From NCBI GenBank assembly GCA_038087875.1, contig CM075990.1, forward strand, positions 10,418,001-10,482,000: a DNA stretch of 64,000 nt, read 5' to 3'. Each line of letters starts with the position of its first letter. Within the stretch, counting starts at the first letter, position 1. Below are positions 63,481 through 64,000 of the stretch, in pieces. The notes below the pieces were generated by a model. It made no database searches and was not told the DNA's origin. It was given only the letters and a program-made list of their open reading frames with translations. The position numbers and the translations under genes were made by a program. This stretch comes from Malacoraja senta (taxonomy: Eukaryota).

Positions 63481-64000
63481 ATACTCTCGTGTTCAATCAG
63501 TGAAAGCAGTTCCTCTTTCAATTGTCGCCGCCCCTACACCAACCCTCCCCAGTCCAGTCACTTCACATTAAAGCTTCACCTCGCCACCATCATGCTTAAA
63601 ATCACACAGATTACTCATCTATATAACCATGAACTCTGTCATTCCAATGGGACCTCTGCCCACAATCACAAAATTGGAATGAGTTGACTGCTGGCCTGAT
63701 AATCACAGGCCCTTTTAAAATGTCTGCAGTTCCTTCCTCTTAAATGTTTTGTTAATTAAGTATGAACAGCTCCACAATAAAGTAGGTCTAATTTCAAGTC
63801 CATACTGATTGTTATCTAGAATAATTCAGAGCGTAAAAGAGCAGTTTTGTTAAAAGCACATAAAAAGCCCATAGCCTTTGTCTGGGGAAGTTATGTCCCA
63901 AGAGACTATAAAAGGTTGTTTTAATAACCCAGTCTAAATGAAACTAAAGGTGAATATGTTCAGGCTAAAGAAACTACAGGGGAGGTATTTCAGCAGTAGA

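Overview
Eukaryotic, repeat-rich non-coding DNA. The repeat repertoire points to a cartilaginous fish, probably a skate/ray (inference from recognised repeat families): CR1-type LINE 3' fragments, tRNA-headed SINEs with CR1 tails, Penelope-like (PLE) fragments, Rex/Babar-type LINE ends, RTE, a Deu-domain SINE and PIF/Harbinger-type MITEs. I found no supportable host protein-coding exon. The long ORFs I could recognise are retroelement-derived, the longest being a 503-aa CR1 RT remnant, and there is a 200-N assembly gap. The most interesting signal is RNA-level. (1) A ~137-bp TSD-flanked retroposed element (23475-23612, minus) begins exactly at G1 of a 54-nt minimal HDV/CPEB3-like ribozyme fold. 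(2) A ~430-bp RTE-like non-autonomous element (34831-35258, minus) carries a second HDV-like fold with a long P4. (3) Many PLE fragments carry a hammerhead-like core (CUGAAGA-stemII-GAAAC-GUH) and are often inserted as fold-back dimers, two of them independently at the same SINE site. Also present: a decayed Gypsy/GIN-type integrase fossil, a ~1.5-kb element with ~290-bp inverted arms, and a local inverted duplication at a CR1 junction. All calls were made by eye, and boundaries of old repeats are approximate.
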